A stretch of DNA of 64,000 bases. Origin: Acidobacteriaceae bacterium. GTDB lineage: Bacteria > Acidobacteriota > Terriglobia > Terriglobales > Acidobacteriaceae. The translations under genes were made by a program, and so were the position numbers. The stretch spans positions 4,413 to 68,412 of the forward strand of contig JAYVEP010000123.1 of assembly GCA_043749225.1 (NCBI GenBank), given 5' to 3'. Positions 18,801-28,220 of this stretch are shown here, one piece after another. Positions within the stretch are counted from its first letter, which is position 1, and every line of letters starts with the position of its first letter. Below the pieces are notes generated by a model. It did no database searches and was not told where the DNA came from. It worked only from the letters and a program-made list of their open reading frames with translations.

Positions 18801-19498
18801 AAGTGAGTGTCGACAAGCGATTCGCCCGGGGCTTGCAAGCTCAGATAGCCTACACGTGGAGCAAATCGATTGACCAAGCCTCGAGCTTTGAAGACTTTCT
18901 CGATCCGACGAACTCACGCCGGACGCGCTCCTTGTCCCTCTTTGATGCTCGCCATAGATTTGTGGCCAGCTATTACTGGGAGCCGCCAATTCGCAAGTAC
19001 TCTGGCTTTGCCGGGAAAGCTTTGAATGGCTGGGCGCTTTCGGGTATTACGCAATTCCAAGCAGGATTCCCGATTCGCATCTTCAGTTACGGGGACGAAA
19101 ATCTTCAGGGGAATGTCTCGGGGTTTACCTCTCCAAACTTCCCAGACCTTCTTGGGAAATTTCAACGGCTTGATCCGCGGAAGAATAACAATTACTACTT
19201 TCATGGATTTAATGATCCCACCCCCCAGTTCGCACCGCAGACGATTGGTACGCAAGGCAATTCGCCGCGTACAATTTGTTGTGGACCTGGCTTTGACAAT
19301 ACCGATCTTTCGCTGCAAAAGAACACTACGATCAACGAGCGCTTTCGTTCCGAGTTTCGGCTAGATGTCTTCAACGTCTTCAACCACACAAAATTCAGCA
19401 ATCCCGATGGCCAGGTCAGCGATGGTTCTGATTTTGGTCTTATCAAACGTGCCGGTCCGCCTCGTTTGATGCAAGTGGCTTTGAAACTCTACTTCTAG
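15809..19498 (+). CDS. TonB-dependent outer-membrane receptor with N-terminal carboxypeptidase-regulatory-like domain
   Basis: The signal peptide ends ILAQ. It is followed by GRITGTVGDPSGAIVPGVKVALINEASG (CarboxypepD_reg-like), a plug region and a ~900-aa barrel ending ALKLYF. ATG 15809 is preceded by GGAGGG, and the track start 15782 is TTG. Confidence 0.85.
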   Translation: MRASRMRRACAWLIFSFLLTSTANILAQSTGGRITGTVGDPSGAIVPGVKVALINEASGVNRDTVTDASGGYVFPEVPVGAYRLEFDSAGFKKNIRRGVTLQLSQVITLNMTMQLGETREIVDVTSEAPLVDTSSTQLGAVINDRSITQLPLNSRNTYQFLSLQPGVQSTVGADLYAGSGDAGSVSVNGGRGRANNFSVNGGDANDLFTNSPTVQPSPDSVEEFRVLTNAFDAESGRNSGSVINVVTKSGGNQFHGNAFEFLRNKVLNAKGYFEPSKAKYNQNQFGGTFGGPIRKDHTFFFASYEGNRVRQGQAGDTVTVPTTAERTGDFAGAAFNGFITDDFVAQTLNGRPGCTAALGGAIPLPSASGGSVAWGSVFPTSVIPTECQDPVAVDLLRFVPNANGSDGSSYSAVLNGKTRRDQATLKIDHRINDKQNFSAYYYFQDEKRFDPYNFFQAAGANVPGFGANTASRFQQINLSHTWTLSNSIVNEFRFNYNREGQRTLNHPEKTNLVTDSCSSAASAFCFTGTSDSNFITSTLGTNPKFGITPGLGAGLEGVPDVSIGGGFVIGNNFEGELPQVGNSFQWTDSLTIVKGKHTIKFGGDVRRQRFDQFLVFENSGYFQYFGGGPNDVGGSNLYPNYLLGLPDQYQQGSAQQEHVRSSALYLFAQDAWKVTKRLTLNYGLRWELNTPQKDIGGRVQTFRPGQSTSIYPCLNTGSNDCASAFPTGLVFPGDKGIPAGLTSTYYKAFAPRIGLAWDPRGDGKTSIRGGWGLFYNPIEQLVLEQFSAEPPFGVSLTAANTLFNTPYINQRGNVTPNGANGVLSPKPGSAVDWSLFRPILLFGEFQPHMRTQYAAQYNFNIQHELMKDLNLQVGYVGSQGHRLLASYDINATTPQTCQQLNSILGSGTCGPFGEDSTYLIPAGTVLNTNLDLPYGANRHFASGTTVGANGITLVGLRPFSSPNCEPTTGVGCPQDGTPVLSNIFAENTIAASNYNSLQVSVDKRFARGLQAQIAYTWSKSIDQASSFEDFLDPTNSRRTRSLSLFDARHRFVASYYWEPPIRKYSGFAGKALNGWALSGITQFQAGFPIRIFSYGDENLQGNVSGFTSPNFPDLLGKFQRLDPRKNNNYYFHGFNDPTPQFAPQTIGTQGNSPRTICCGPGFDNTDLSLQKNTTINERFRSEFRLDVFNVFNHTKFSNPDGQVSDGSDFGLIKRAGPPRLMQVALKLYF

Positions 19499-19634
19499 AG
19501 GTATTTAGCCCGGGCAGCTCTCGTGGCTGCTCGGGTGCAAAGAGACGTAAAATACAAACAGGCAACATGTCCGCGCACCACATGCATTCCGCATACTCTA
19601 ATGGCCTATGGCCTGAGATTCCTGGAGCAACTCG

Positions 19635-21017
19635 ATGTACCCCGAACTGGAAAAAGAACTCTCCACCTATGAACGCCGCACGCCTAAATCCGCGGAAGCT
19701 CACAAACGTAATCTGAAACGTCTTCCGCTAGGCGTTGCTAGTAACTACCGCGCTTACGATCCCTATCCTATCTTTGTAAAAGACGCCAGCGGAAGTAAGT
19801 TCCGCGATCTTGATGGCAACGAGTACATTGATCACAACCTGACCTTCGGCGCACTCATGGCCGGACACTGTCATCCGGCGGTGATGAAGGCTGTCGAAAA
19901 GCGATTGAGCACCGGCACTATGTTCGGGATGCCGCATGACATGGAATGGGAACTGGCGGAGGAAGTTTGCACGCGTTTCCCGATTGAAATGTGTCGCTTC
20001 GGTAACAGCGGTACGGAAGCGACTATGCATACGATCCGTATTGCGCGTGCTGCTACGAAGCGAGACAAGATTGTGAAGTTTGAAGGTGCTTACCACGGGT
20101 TGCACGATGCAGCTCTGGTTAGTGTGAAGCCGCACGCGCCTGACTACGGAGATATCAACGCTCCCACATCGGTACCTGGCGGGATGGGCGTTCCAAAAGC
20201 GTCCATCGATAACGTCGTGATCGCCACCTTTAATGACCTGGTTTCCGTCGAGCGGCGTTTCAAAGAAAATCCCGGCCAGATAGCAGCCATTATCTTGGAG
20301 CCGATTTTAATGAACGTCGGACTCTGCATGCCGCAACCTGGCTTCCTGCAAGGGCTGCGCGACATCTGCACCAAGAACGGCGCGCTACTGATTTTCGACG
20401 AAGTTAAAACCGGCGCAAAACTCTGCTGGGGTGGCGCTTCAGAATACTTCGGTGTTATTCCGGACATGATCTGCATCGCTAAGTCAATCGGCGGCGGATT
20501 CTCGCTGGCCGCTTTCGGTGCGCATACATCGGTTATGGATTTGATCGCACAGCACAAAGTCTTCCATGGCGGCACATACAACACGAATCCTGTTGCGATG
20601 GCAGCGGGCTTGGCGACGTTCCGCGAAGTGCTTACCCGCGAGAACTACGCGCATGTTGGCAAACTCAGCACGAAGTTAGTCGATGGCTACCGAAAGATTG
20701 TGGCTAAGTCGGGAATTCAAGGCTATATTGCTGAGGCTGGAGCGAATGGCGCGCTGATGTTCTATCCGAAAGAGATTCGGAACTACCGTGACTGGGAACC
20801 GATTGATGTTGACCTATGGCGGCACTATTGGTTTGGCATGGTCAACCGCGGCGTGATGTGTCAACCCTATTGGTGGGACGAGCAATGGACGATTTCCGTA
20901 CAACATACGGAAGCTGACATTGATGCGCACATTGCGGCATTCGCCGATATTGCCGATTCGTTAGCGGAAGCTCAGCATGAGCGGCTGAAGAATCCAGTAT
21001 TGGCTGCAGCGCACTAG
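19635..21017 (+). CDS. Class-III PLP aminotransferase of the glutamate-1-semialdehyde aminomutase-like subgroup
   Basis: RFGNSGTEATMHTIRIARAATKRDKIVKFEGAYHG and CIAKSIGGG (PLP lysine) closely parallel HemL motifs. The gene sits in a catabolic operon. Confidence 0.85.
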   Translation: MYPELEKELSTYERRTPKSAEAHKRNLKRLPLGVASNYRAYDPYPIFVKDASGSKFRDLDGNEYIDHNLTFGALMAGHCHPAVMKAVEKRLSTGTMFGMPHDMEWELAEEVCTRFPIEMCRFGNSGTEATMHTIRIARAATKRDKIVKFEGAYHGLHDAALVSVKPHAPDYGDINAPTSVPGGMGVPKASIDNVVIATFNDLVSVERRFKENPGQIAAIILEPILMNVGLCMPQPGFLQGLRDICTKNGALLIFDEVKTGAKLCWGGASEYFGVIPDMICIAKSIGGGFSLAAFGAHTSVMDLIAQHKVFHGGTYNTNPVAMAAGLATFREVLTRENYAHVGKLSTKLVDGYRKIVAKSGIQGYIAEAGANGALMFYPKEIRNYRDWEPIDVDLWRHYWFGMVNRGVMCQPYWWDEQWTISVQHTEADIDAHIAAFADIADSLAEAQHERLKNPVLAAAH

Positions 21018-21025
21018 GAGATTTT

Positions 21026-22450
21026 TTGCCTGCTCAAGAGCCAGAGGTCGGTTCCACCCATCTGAAACGCGTTTTGGGGCGGCGCGATTTGGTGCTGCTG
21101 TTCGTCGTTGCGGTGTTCAACTTAAATGTTGTGCCCTCGATCGCGGCGAACGGCGGCGTCACCATCTGGTTATGGATCGTTTCACTGCTGCTGTTTTTCT
21201 GGCCGCAGGGGATTGCCGTCATTGAACTGGCGCATCGTTATCCCGGCGAAGGTGGTGTTTACCTTTGGGCGAAGGAAGTCTTTGGCGACTTCCATGGTTT
21301 TCTGTCGGGTTGGTGTTACTGGACCAATAACATGCTGTATGTGCCGACGGTAATGTTGTATTTCGTTGGCGTGTCGGTGTTCGTTTTAGGGCCGGGGCAT
21401 TCGGGACTCGCCGATAACAAGACATTTGCTCTGATTGCATCGCTGGCCCTGCTAACGGTCTTGGTAGTCCTAAACATCATGGGCCTCGGCGTCGGTAAGT
21501 GGATCAACAACCTAGGCGGCATCGGAACGTTTGTTGCTGCTGGGGTGTTGGTTGGGCTTGGTATCATTATCGTATCCAAGAACGGGATTCACATAACTGC
21601 TGCGGATTTCCGGTTTCCGGCAGATCCAAAGTTTGTGTTGAATTCCTTCGGAGTTATTTGCTTCGGTTTGGTTGGTCTCGAACTGGCTTCGGTCATGGGA
21701 GACGAGATCGAAGACCCTCGTCGCACCTTACCAGGAGCAGTAGCTTGGGGTGGTCTAATTTCCGGGGCGCTCTACATTGCAGCTACTCTGACCTTACTGG
21801 TCGCGGTAGGCAAGGGCGGCATCAGCGTTCTGCAAGGCATTGTGCAGGCTGTTAGTCACATGGCTGATCAAGTGGGAGTGCCGTGGATTGTTGCGCCGTT
21901 TGCATTCTTGCTAAGCTTGTCGATTGCAGGTATTGGTTCGGCGTGGCTCGGCGGATCGGCGCGTATTCCGTTTGTCGCGGGACTTGACTCGTACATGCCG
22001 TCCTGGCTGGGCAAGATACATCCGAAGTATGCCACGCCCTATGCGGCTTTGATCGTGCATGCTGTTGTTTCGATGTTGCTTGTCGTAATGAACTTTATGG
22101 GCGGCGCCGGCGTCCAGGAAACCTTTCAGACCATGCTGTCGCTGGCCGTAGTCCTGCAGTTAGTGCCGTTTTTATACATGTTCGGAGCGTTGCTGCGGTT
22201 TTCGTTCCGCGCGCAGGACGGCCAGGGAGTTTACAGTCGCGGTGTGTTATTTCTCGCGGGGCTGAGTGGATTGGTCACGACAACTCTGGGCATTGCGCTG
22301 GCGTTCTTTCCAGCGCAGCAGATTACGTCTTTGAAGCTGTATGAGTTGAAGATGTTTGGTGGGACAGCGTTCTTTGTTGGGTTAGCTGCGTTCTTCTTCT
22401 TTGTATATGGTCGACGCAAGGCCGCGCTTGCGGCAGCGACACAGATTTGA
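21026..22450 (+). CDS. APC-superfamily amino acid/polyamine permease
   Basis: It has about 12 TM helices and a typical APC N-terminus (LKRVLGRRDLVLLFVVAVFN). The TTG start is preceded by AGGAG. Confidence 0.85.
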   Translation: MPAQEPEVGSTHLKRVLGRRDLVLLFVVAVFNLNVVPSIAANGGVTIWLWIVSLLLFFWPQGIAVIELAHRYPGEGGVYLWAKEVFGDFHGFLSGWCYWTNNMLYVPTVMLYFVGVSVFVLGPGHSGLADNKTFALIASLALLTVLVVLNIMGLGVGKWINNLGGIGTFVAAGVLVGLGIIIVSKNGIHITAADFRFPADPKFVLNSFGVICFGLVGLELASVMGDEIEDPRRTLPGAVAWGGLISGALYIAATLTLLVAVGKGGISVLQGIVQAVSHMADQVGVPWIVAPFAFLLSLSIAGIGSAWLGGSARIPFVAGLDSYMPSWLGKIHPKYATPYAALIVHAVVSMLLVVMNFMGGAGVQETFQTMLSLAVVLQLVPFLYMFGALLRFSFRAQDGQGVYSRGVLFLAGLSGLVTTTLGIALAFFPAQQITSLKLYELKMFGGTAFFVGLAAFFFFVYGRRKAALAAATQI

Positions 22451-22497
22451 AAATGTCCCGGCCTGGTGCCGGTGACGGTCTAACTACGGAGGTTGCT

Positions 22498-23979
22498 ATG
22501 CTAGGTGGAGTGCAAACTGAAGTGCGTAATTATCAGATGTTGATTAACGGCGAGTGGGTCGCGAGTAAGTCGAATAAGACATTTCCTGTCTACGATCCTT
22601 CGACGGAAGAAGTGATTGCTCAAGTGCCGGATGCCTCGGCGGACGATGTGAACCGCGCGGTGGCTGCGGCTAAGTCCGCATTCGAGGATGGTCCGTGGGG
22701 CCAAACTACGCATCAGGAACGCGGGCGTGTTTTATTTCGCCTAGCCGACAAGATTCGGCAGAACCTGGCGATGCTGGCTGAGTTAGAGTGTCGCAACAGC
22801 GGTAAGCCGATTGTTGAAGCAGAGTACGACATTACAGATGCAGCGACATGTTTTGAATACTACGGCGGACTGGCTACCAAAATCACGGGGCAGGTGAACC
22901 CTGTTCCAGACAATGCATTGAGCCTAACTCTCAAGGAACCAGTTGGTGTCTGCGGGCAGATTATTCCCTGGAATTACCCACTAGTGATGGCGGCATGGAA
23001 GCTCGCACCCGCGTTAGCGGCAGGCTGCACGTGCATCTTGAAGCCTGCTGAACAGACGCCGCTGACCATGCTGGAAGTAGCGAGGTGGTTTGATGAGATT
23101 GGTTTGCCGAAGGGCGTCGTCAACATCGTCACGGGATTCGGTGAGACGTGCGGTGCGCCGCTAGTTGCACATCCCGATGTCAACAAGATCGCTTTCACGG
23201 GATCTGCTGCTGTTGGCAAGATGATCGTGAAGGCCGCCGCCGATACCGTGAAGCGAGTGACTCTGGAGTTAGGCGGAAAGTCTCCCAACATTTTCTTTGC
23301 CGATGCGGATTTCGAAGCGGCGATTGATGGCGCCTTGTTTGGAGTCTTTATCAATCAGGGGGAAGTGTGCTCGGCGGGAAGTCGAGTTCTTGTGCAGAAT
23401 TCTATCTACAAGAAATTTGTTGACGCGATGGCAGCGAAAGCCAAGACCATCAAGGTTGGCGCGCCTTTGGACCGCGACACAAAGATGGGTGCGCTGATCA
23501 GCAAGGATCAATACGATCGAGTGCGTTCCTATCAGGAGCTCGGGAAGAAAGAAGCGAAGCTTGCCTCGGGAGGTGGGCGCGTGGAGAAATTTGCCAAGGG
23601 CTACTACGTGGAGCCAACCATCTTTTATGACGTGGACAACAGTGCCCGCATTGCACGCGAAGAAATCTTTGGACCTGTGGCCACAGTCATTCCGTTTGAG
23701 GACGAGAAAGACGCGCTGAAGATCGCGAATGACTCTCCGTATGGCCTCGCCGCTGCAGTTTGGACGCGCGACATCTTGAAGGCTATGCGTACGGTGAAGG
23801 CTCTGCGTTGCGGCATTGTGTGGGTGAATCACATGCAGCCTACCTATGTGGAAGCGCCTTGGGGCGGTTACAAACAGTCTGGCTTTGGCCGCGAACTTGG
23901 TCCGCACGGTATCGACGAATATCTGGAAACGAAACAAGTTCACATCAACCTGAACGAAGCTCCCATTGGATGGTATTGA
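22498..23979 (+). CDS. NAD-dependent aminoaldehyde / betaine-aldehyde family aldehyde dehydrogenase
   Basis: The motifs LELGGKSP and FINQGEVCSAGSR (catalytic Cys) are present, and the N-terminus is BADH-like. ATG 22498 with GGAGG 5 nt upstream is preferred over the track start at 22447. Confidence 0.9.
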   Translation: MLGGVQTEVRNYQMLINGEWVASKSNKTFPVYDPSTEEVIAQVPDASADDVNRAVAAAKSAFEDGPWGQTTHQERGRVLFRLADKIRQNLAMLAELECRNSGKPIVEAEYDITDAATCFEYYGGLATKITGQVNPVPDNALSLTLKEPVGVCGQIIPWNYPLVMAAWKLAPALAAGCTCILKPAEQTPLTMLEVARWFDEIGLPKGVVNIVTGFGETCGAPLVAHPDVNKIAFTGSAAVGKMIVKAAADTVKRVTLELGGKSPNIFFADADFEAAIDGALFGVFINQGEVCSAGSRVLVQNSIYKKFVDAMAAKAKTIKVGAPLDRDTKMGALISKDQYDRVRSYQELGKKEAKLASGGGRVEKFAKGYYVEPTIFYDVDNSARIAREEIFGPVATVIPFEDEKDALKIANDSPYGLAAAVWTRDILKAMRTVKALRCGIVWVNHMQPTYVEAPWGGYKQSGFGRELGPHGIDEYLETKQVHINLNEAPIGWY

Positions 23980-23980
23980 G

Positions 23981-25342
23981 ATGGCCAGCATACAACTACG
24001 AACTGCAATTCCTGGACCGCGTTCCAAAGCGTTAATGCAAAGGCGCAATGCGGCAGTGGCGCAGGGGCCTTTCCACGTCACGCCGGTCTTCATCGAACGC
24101 GCGGACGGCGCTGTCATTGAAGATGTAGACGGCAATCGCATGATTGACTTTGCGGGCGGTATCGGCTGTTTGAACACCGGGCACCGTCCTCCGACTGTGA
24201 TGAAAGCGATTCACGAGCAGATGGACCGTTTTCTGCATACCAGCTTTAATGTGCTGCCCTACGAGAGCTACGTTACTCTTTCAGAACGGTTAAATGCGAT
24301 TGTCCCCGGCAAGGGACCGAAGAAAACGATTCTCGTCAGCACCGGCGCCGAAGCGGTGGAAAATGCAATCAAGATTGCTCGCGCTTATACAAAGCGTCCG
24401 GCCATTATTGCTTTTGAGGATGCTTTCCACGGGCGCACTTATATGGCGCTTTCGCTTACGAGTAAAACGCATCCTTATAAAGCGGGTTTCGAGCCATTTC
24501 CCGGCGATGTTTACCGCGTTCCCTACGCGTATTGCTACCGATGTTCCTACTCCAAGGAATATCCGTCGTGCGATGTCTTCTGCGCGCGACATTTGGAAGA
24601 TACGTTCAAACGAGTAGTTGCGGCTGAGTCGGTGGCAGCGGTGATCGTGGAGCCGATTTTGGGCGAAGGTGGATTCGTAACGCCGCCTGCGGGATTCTAT
24701 CCGGCGCTCGCAGAAATTTGCCGCAAGTACGGCATCCTGATAATTGCAGATGAAATTCAAACCGGTTTTGCGCGTACAGGCTCGATGTTTGCCTGCGAGC
24801 GTTTGGGTCTCGAACCTGACTTAGTAACTATGGCGAAATCCCTGACTGGAGGCCTGCCTTTGGCAGCAGTTACGGGTCGTGCTGACATTATGGACGCCCC
24901 CGGCGTCGGTGGTCTGGGCGGAACTTTTGCGGGAAACCCGGCGGCATGTCAGGCCGCCCTGGCGGTTCTTGATTTGATCGAGAAGGACAATCTCTGCGCG
25001 CGGGCCGATCGCCTTGGAGCCATGTTCCAGAAACGTGCGTTAGCTTGGCAGGCGAAGTGGGACTTGGTGGGCGAGGTCCGCGGGTTGGGCGCGATGCAGG
25101 CGCTGGAACTGGTGAAATCGAAGCAGACGCGCGAACCCGCTGCGGAAGAAACAAAGAAGATTTCACAGTACTGTTACGAGCATGGGCTGATCACGATTAC
25201 GGCAGGGTCGTACAGTAATATCATCCGACTGCTGATGCCAATTGTAATTACCGATGACCAGATGAACGAAGCTATGGATGTGATGGAAGCTGCGATTGCA
25301 TCTATTTCCGAGACGAAGGCGCCGGTTGCAACGATGGCGTAG
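23981..25342 (+). CDS. gabT: 4-aminobutyrate aminotransferase (class III)
   Basis: MASIQLRTAIPGPRS..., DFAGGIGCLNTGH and TMAKSLTGGLP (PLP lysine) are typical of GabT. ATG 23981 lies 1 nt after the ALDH stop. Confidence 0.85.
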   Translation: MASIQLRTAIPGPRSKALMQRRNAAVAQGPFHVTPVFIERADGAVIEDVDGNRMIDFAGGIGCLNTGHRPPTVMKAIHEQMDRFLHTSFNVLPYESYVTLSERLNAIVPGKGPKKTILVSTGAEAVENAIKIARAYTKRPAIIAFEDAFHGRTYMALSLTSKTHPYKAGFEPFPGDVYRVPYAYCYRCSYSKEYPSCDVFCARHLEDTFKRVVAAESVAAVIVEPILGEGGFVTPPAGFYPALAEICRKYGILIIADEIQTGFARTGSMFACERLGLEPDLVTMAKSLTGGLPLAAVTGRADIMDAPGVGGLGGTFAGNPAACQAALAVLDLIEKDNLCARADRLGAMFQKRALAWQAKWDLVGEVRGLGAMQALELVKSKQTREPAAEETKKISQYCYEHGLITITAGSYSNIIRLLMPIVITDDQMNEAMDVMEAAIASISETKAPVATMA

Positions 25343-25394
25343 CAACCCGTGCCCCAAAGACTTCTATTCTTGACGATCTAAGAGGAATCCTTCC

Positions 25395-26885
25395 ATGAGT
25401 ACGTTGACCGTTGCTGCAACCAAGATTCCGCACTACATCAATGGCGCGTGGGTCGAATCCACTGCGAGCAACTGGCAGGAAGTGATTAATCCGGCCAGCG
25501 GCGAAGTCCTCGGCAGCGTTCCGCAAGTGGAAGCCGCGGAAGTATCCATGGCGGTTGAAGCTGCAGCCGCAGCCTATCCAGAATGGCGGCGTACTCCAGC
25601 GGAAGTCCGTATTCAGCCGCTGTTCAAGCTAAAGTTCTTACTGGAAGATCACATTGACGAACTCTCCCGGGTGATAACGCGCGAGAACGGCAAGACTTTC
25701 GGTGAAGCCAAAGGTGAGCTTCGCCGCGCCATTGAAAATGTGGAAGTAGCCTGCGGAATTCCTATGATGATGCAGGGCTACAACCTGGAAGATGTAGCTC
25801 GCGGCATTGACGAAATGATGATTCGCCAGCCACTTGGAGTCGTCGCGGCGATCACTCCTTTCAACTTTCCGGGAATGATCCCGTTCTGGTTTCTGCCTTA
25901 TGCCATTGCGTGCGGAAACACGCTGATCGTGAAGCCTTCCGAGCGTGTGCCACTTACCATGAAGCTTGCGTTCGAACTGCTCGACAAGACGGGCTTGCCG
26001 AAGGGTGTTGTCAATCTTGTGAATGGTGGTAAGACGGCGGTTGATACGTTAATCGATCACCCGAAGGTGCGCGCCATTAGCTTCGTCGGCTCTACGCCCG
26101 TCGCACGATACATCTATGCGCGTGCGGGCGAAAAAGGCAAGCGTGCACAGTGTCAGGGTGGCGCGAAGAACGCTGTCGTCATTCTTCCCGACGCTGACAT
26201 GAGTATGGCCACGCAGATTATTTCTGATAGTGCGTTTGGCTGCGCAGGACAACGCTGTCTGGCGGTTTCCGTTGCAGTTACCGTGGGCGAGGCGCAGAAG
26301 ACGTTTCGAGATTCTATCGCGGATGCGGCGTCTTCAATTCGCGTGGGATACGGCCTTGATGACGGCACGCAGATGGGACCGGTCATTACGAAACAAAGTA
26401 AAGATCGCATTGAATCACTGATCGGGCTAGGCGAGAAGCAAGGGGCCAAGATATTGGTCGACGGTCGTAGCCCAAAGATCTCGAAATATGAAACAGGGAA
26501 CTTTGTGCGGCCAACTATTCTGGATGGGGTTCCGGCGGAAAGCGAACTTACGCACACGGAAATCTTTGGCCCGGTGTTGAGCATGGTTCATGCCAGCAAT
26601 CTGGACGAAGCGATGGACTTTCTGTCGAACAGCCCGTTCGGAAATCAGGCGTCGTTGTTTACATCAAGTGGGTCGGCTGCGAGGCGCTTTCGGTACGAAG
26701 CGCCAGCAGGGAATGTCGGTATAAATATCGGCGTAGCGGCTCCCATGGCGTACTTTCCGTTCAGCGGCTGGAAAGATAGTTTCTTCGGCGTGATGCATGG
26801 GCAAGGTCGAGATGCAGTCGAGTTCTATACCGAGAAAAAAGTAGTTGTCGAGCGTTGGGCAAAAGAACACAGCCGCAAGTTCTGA
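25395..26885 (+). CDS. mmsA: CoA-acylating methylmalonate/malonate-semialdehyde dehydrogenase
   Basis: It is ALDH-family with the MmsA-type active site [12 protein letters not shown]. The [10 protein letters not shown] motif is present, and the length and C-terminus are typical of MMSDH. Confidence 0.85.
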   Translation: MSTLTVAATKIPHYINGAWVESTASNWQEVINPASGEVLGSVPQVEAAEVSMAVEAAAAAYPEWRRTPAEVRIQPLFKLKFLLEDHIDELSRVITRENGKTFGEAKGELRRAIENVEVACGIPMMMQGYNLEDVARGIDEMMIRQPLGVVAAITPFNFPGMIPFWFLPYAIACGNTLIVKPSERVPLTMKLAFELLDKTGLPKGVVNLVNGGKTAVDTLIDHPKVRAISFVGSTPVARYIYARAGEKGKRAQCQGGAKNAVVILPDADMSMATQIISDSAFGCAGQRCLAVSVAVTVGEAQKTFRDSIADAASSIRVGYGLDDGTQMGPVITKQSKDRIESLIGLGEKQGAKILVDGRSPKISKYETGNFVRPTILDGVPAESELTHTEIFGPVLSMVHASNLDEAMDFLSNSPFGNQASLFTSSGSAARRFRYEAPAGNVGINIGVAAPMAYFPFSGWKDSFFGVMHGQGRDAVEFYTEKKVVVERWAKEHSRKF

Positions 26886-26913
26886 ACTGACCTAGCAGCT
26901 AGGAGCTATTCAC

Positions 26914-28209
26914 ATGAACAACACCATCCAAAAGTACAAAGATTACGTAATGACCGGGTTTGTGAAGTCTGTACAGCCGGTTGTCGTCGAGACCGCTAAG
27001 GATGCGGTGATCACAGACGTGAATGGCAAGCAGTACATCGACTGCTTTGCGGGAATTTCCGTGGTGAATTCGGGCCACTGCAATCCGGAAGTTATTGCTG
27101 CGGCTAAGGCGCAGATGGATAAGCTGGTTCACTGTGGTTCCTACATTTATTACAGTCAGCCCACGGCCGACCTTGCGGAGAAGTTGGCGCACATCACGCC
27201 GCCGGGATTCACGAAAACGTTCTTCGGCAACAGCGGCGCGGAAGCCATTGAAGGCGCCATGAAGTTGGCTCGCCTCTATTCAGGCAAGCACGAGTTCATT
27301 GCCCTGCACGCCAGCTTTCACGGACGCAGTTGGGGAGCGCTCAGCATCACCGGCAATCAGGGACGCAAGAAGCGCGGCGGGCCCTATGCGGCGGGCATAG
27401 CGTTCGCGCCGGTGCCATATGCGTATCGTTCCAACTGGAGAAATGATCCGGAAGAATGTGGACGCCAGTGTGCCAAAGCGATTGACGAAGCCGTCCGCTT
27501 TGCGACTGCAGGGGATGTCGCGGCATTCATTGCAGAACCGGTTTGGGGCGAGGGTGGAATCTTGGTGCCACCGCCAAACTATTTCCAGGAAGTGAAGAAA
27601 GTTCTCGATAAGCACGGCATTCTTTTCATTGCCGACGAAGTGCAGTCGGGATTCGCACGCACGGGAAAGATGTTTGCCGTCGAGCATTTCGGTGTCACGC
27701 CGGACATTCTGGTCACCGCGAAGGGCATCGCCGATGGTTTCCCGCTCAGCGCATTTACCACCCGTCCCGAAATCGCCGATGCTTACAAACCGGGAGATCA
27801 CCTTTCAACGTTTGGCGGAAATCCTGTGGCATGCGCCGCGGCTCTCGCTAACATTCAGTTTATGGAACGCGAAAAGCTCGCTGAACGTAGTGCGGAAAAT
27901 GGCAAGTACGTCATGGCCAAGCTGCGCGAACTGCAAGGGGACAATCCGCTCATCGGTGAAGTGCGTGGCCTTGGATTGATGATCGGCATTGAACTCGTTA
28001 AAGACGCAGCGCTGACGCCGGCCACAGCAGAGGCAGAAGGTATTCGCGAAGTTTGTCGCGAGAATGGGTTGCTGGTTGGAGTTGGTGGCGTCTACGGCAA
28101 CGTTGTGCGATTCCAGCCTCCGCTGGTCATTACAAAGCAGCAACTCGACAAAGCCGTAGACGTGTTTGCCGGTGCGCTCCGGGAAGTAGCGTCGCCAGTG
28201 CCAGCGTGA
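26914..28209 (+). CDS. Class-III PLP aminotransferase (omega-amino acid / acetylornithine-type)
   Basis: The motifs DCFAGISVVNSGH, FIADEVQSGFARTG and VTAKGIADGFPLSA (PLP lysine) are present. Confidence 0.9.
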   Translation: MNNTIQKYKDYVMTGFVKSVQPVVVETAKDAVITDVNGKQYIDCFAGISVVNSGHCNPEVIAAAKAQMDKLVHCGSYIYYSQPTADLAEKLAHITPPGFTKTFFGNSGAEAIEGAMKLARLYSGKHEFIALHASFHGRSWGALSITGNQGRKKRGGPYAAGIAFAPVPYAYRSNWRNDPEECGRQCAKAIDEAVRFATAGDVAAFIAEPVWGEGGILVPPPNYFQEVKKVLDKHGILFIADEVQSGFARTGKMFAVEHFGVTPDILVTAKGIADGFPLSAFTTRPEIADAYKPGDHLSTFGGNPVACAAALANIQFMEREKLAERSAENGKYVMAKLRELQGDNPLIGEVRGLGLMIGIELVKDAALTPATAEAEGIREVCRENGLLVGVGGVYGNVVRFQPPLVITKQQLDKAVDVFAGALREVASPVPA

Positions 28210-28220
28210 GCCGATAATGT

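Noticed and set aside
19509-19535. 10-bp hairpin (one G-U pair) after the TonB receptor stop
   Set aside because: There is no U-tract, and the downstream aminotransferase starts only ~100 bp later on the same strand. It may be an attenuator or processing site, but it cannot be supported as a terminator.
23269-24177. 302-aa minus-strand ORF
   Set aside because: It is antisense to the aldehyde dehydrogenase/GabT junction. Both sense genes carry strong family motifs.
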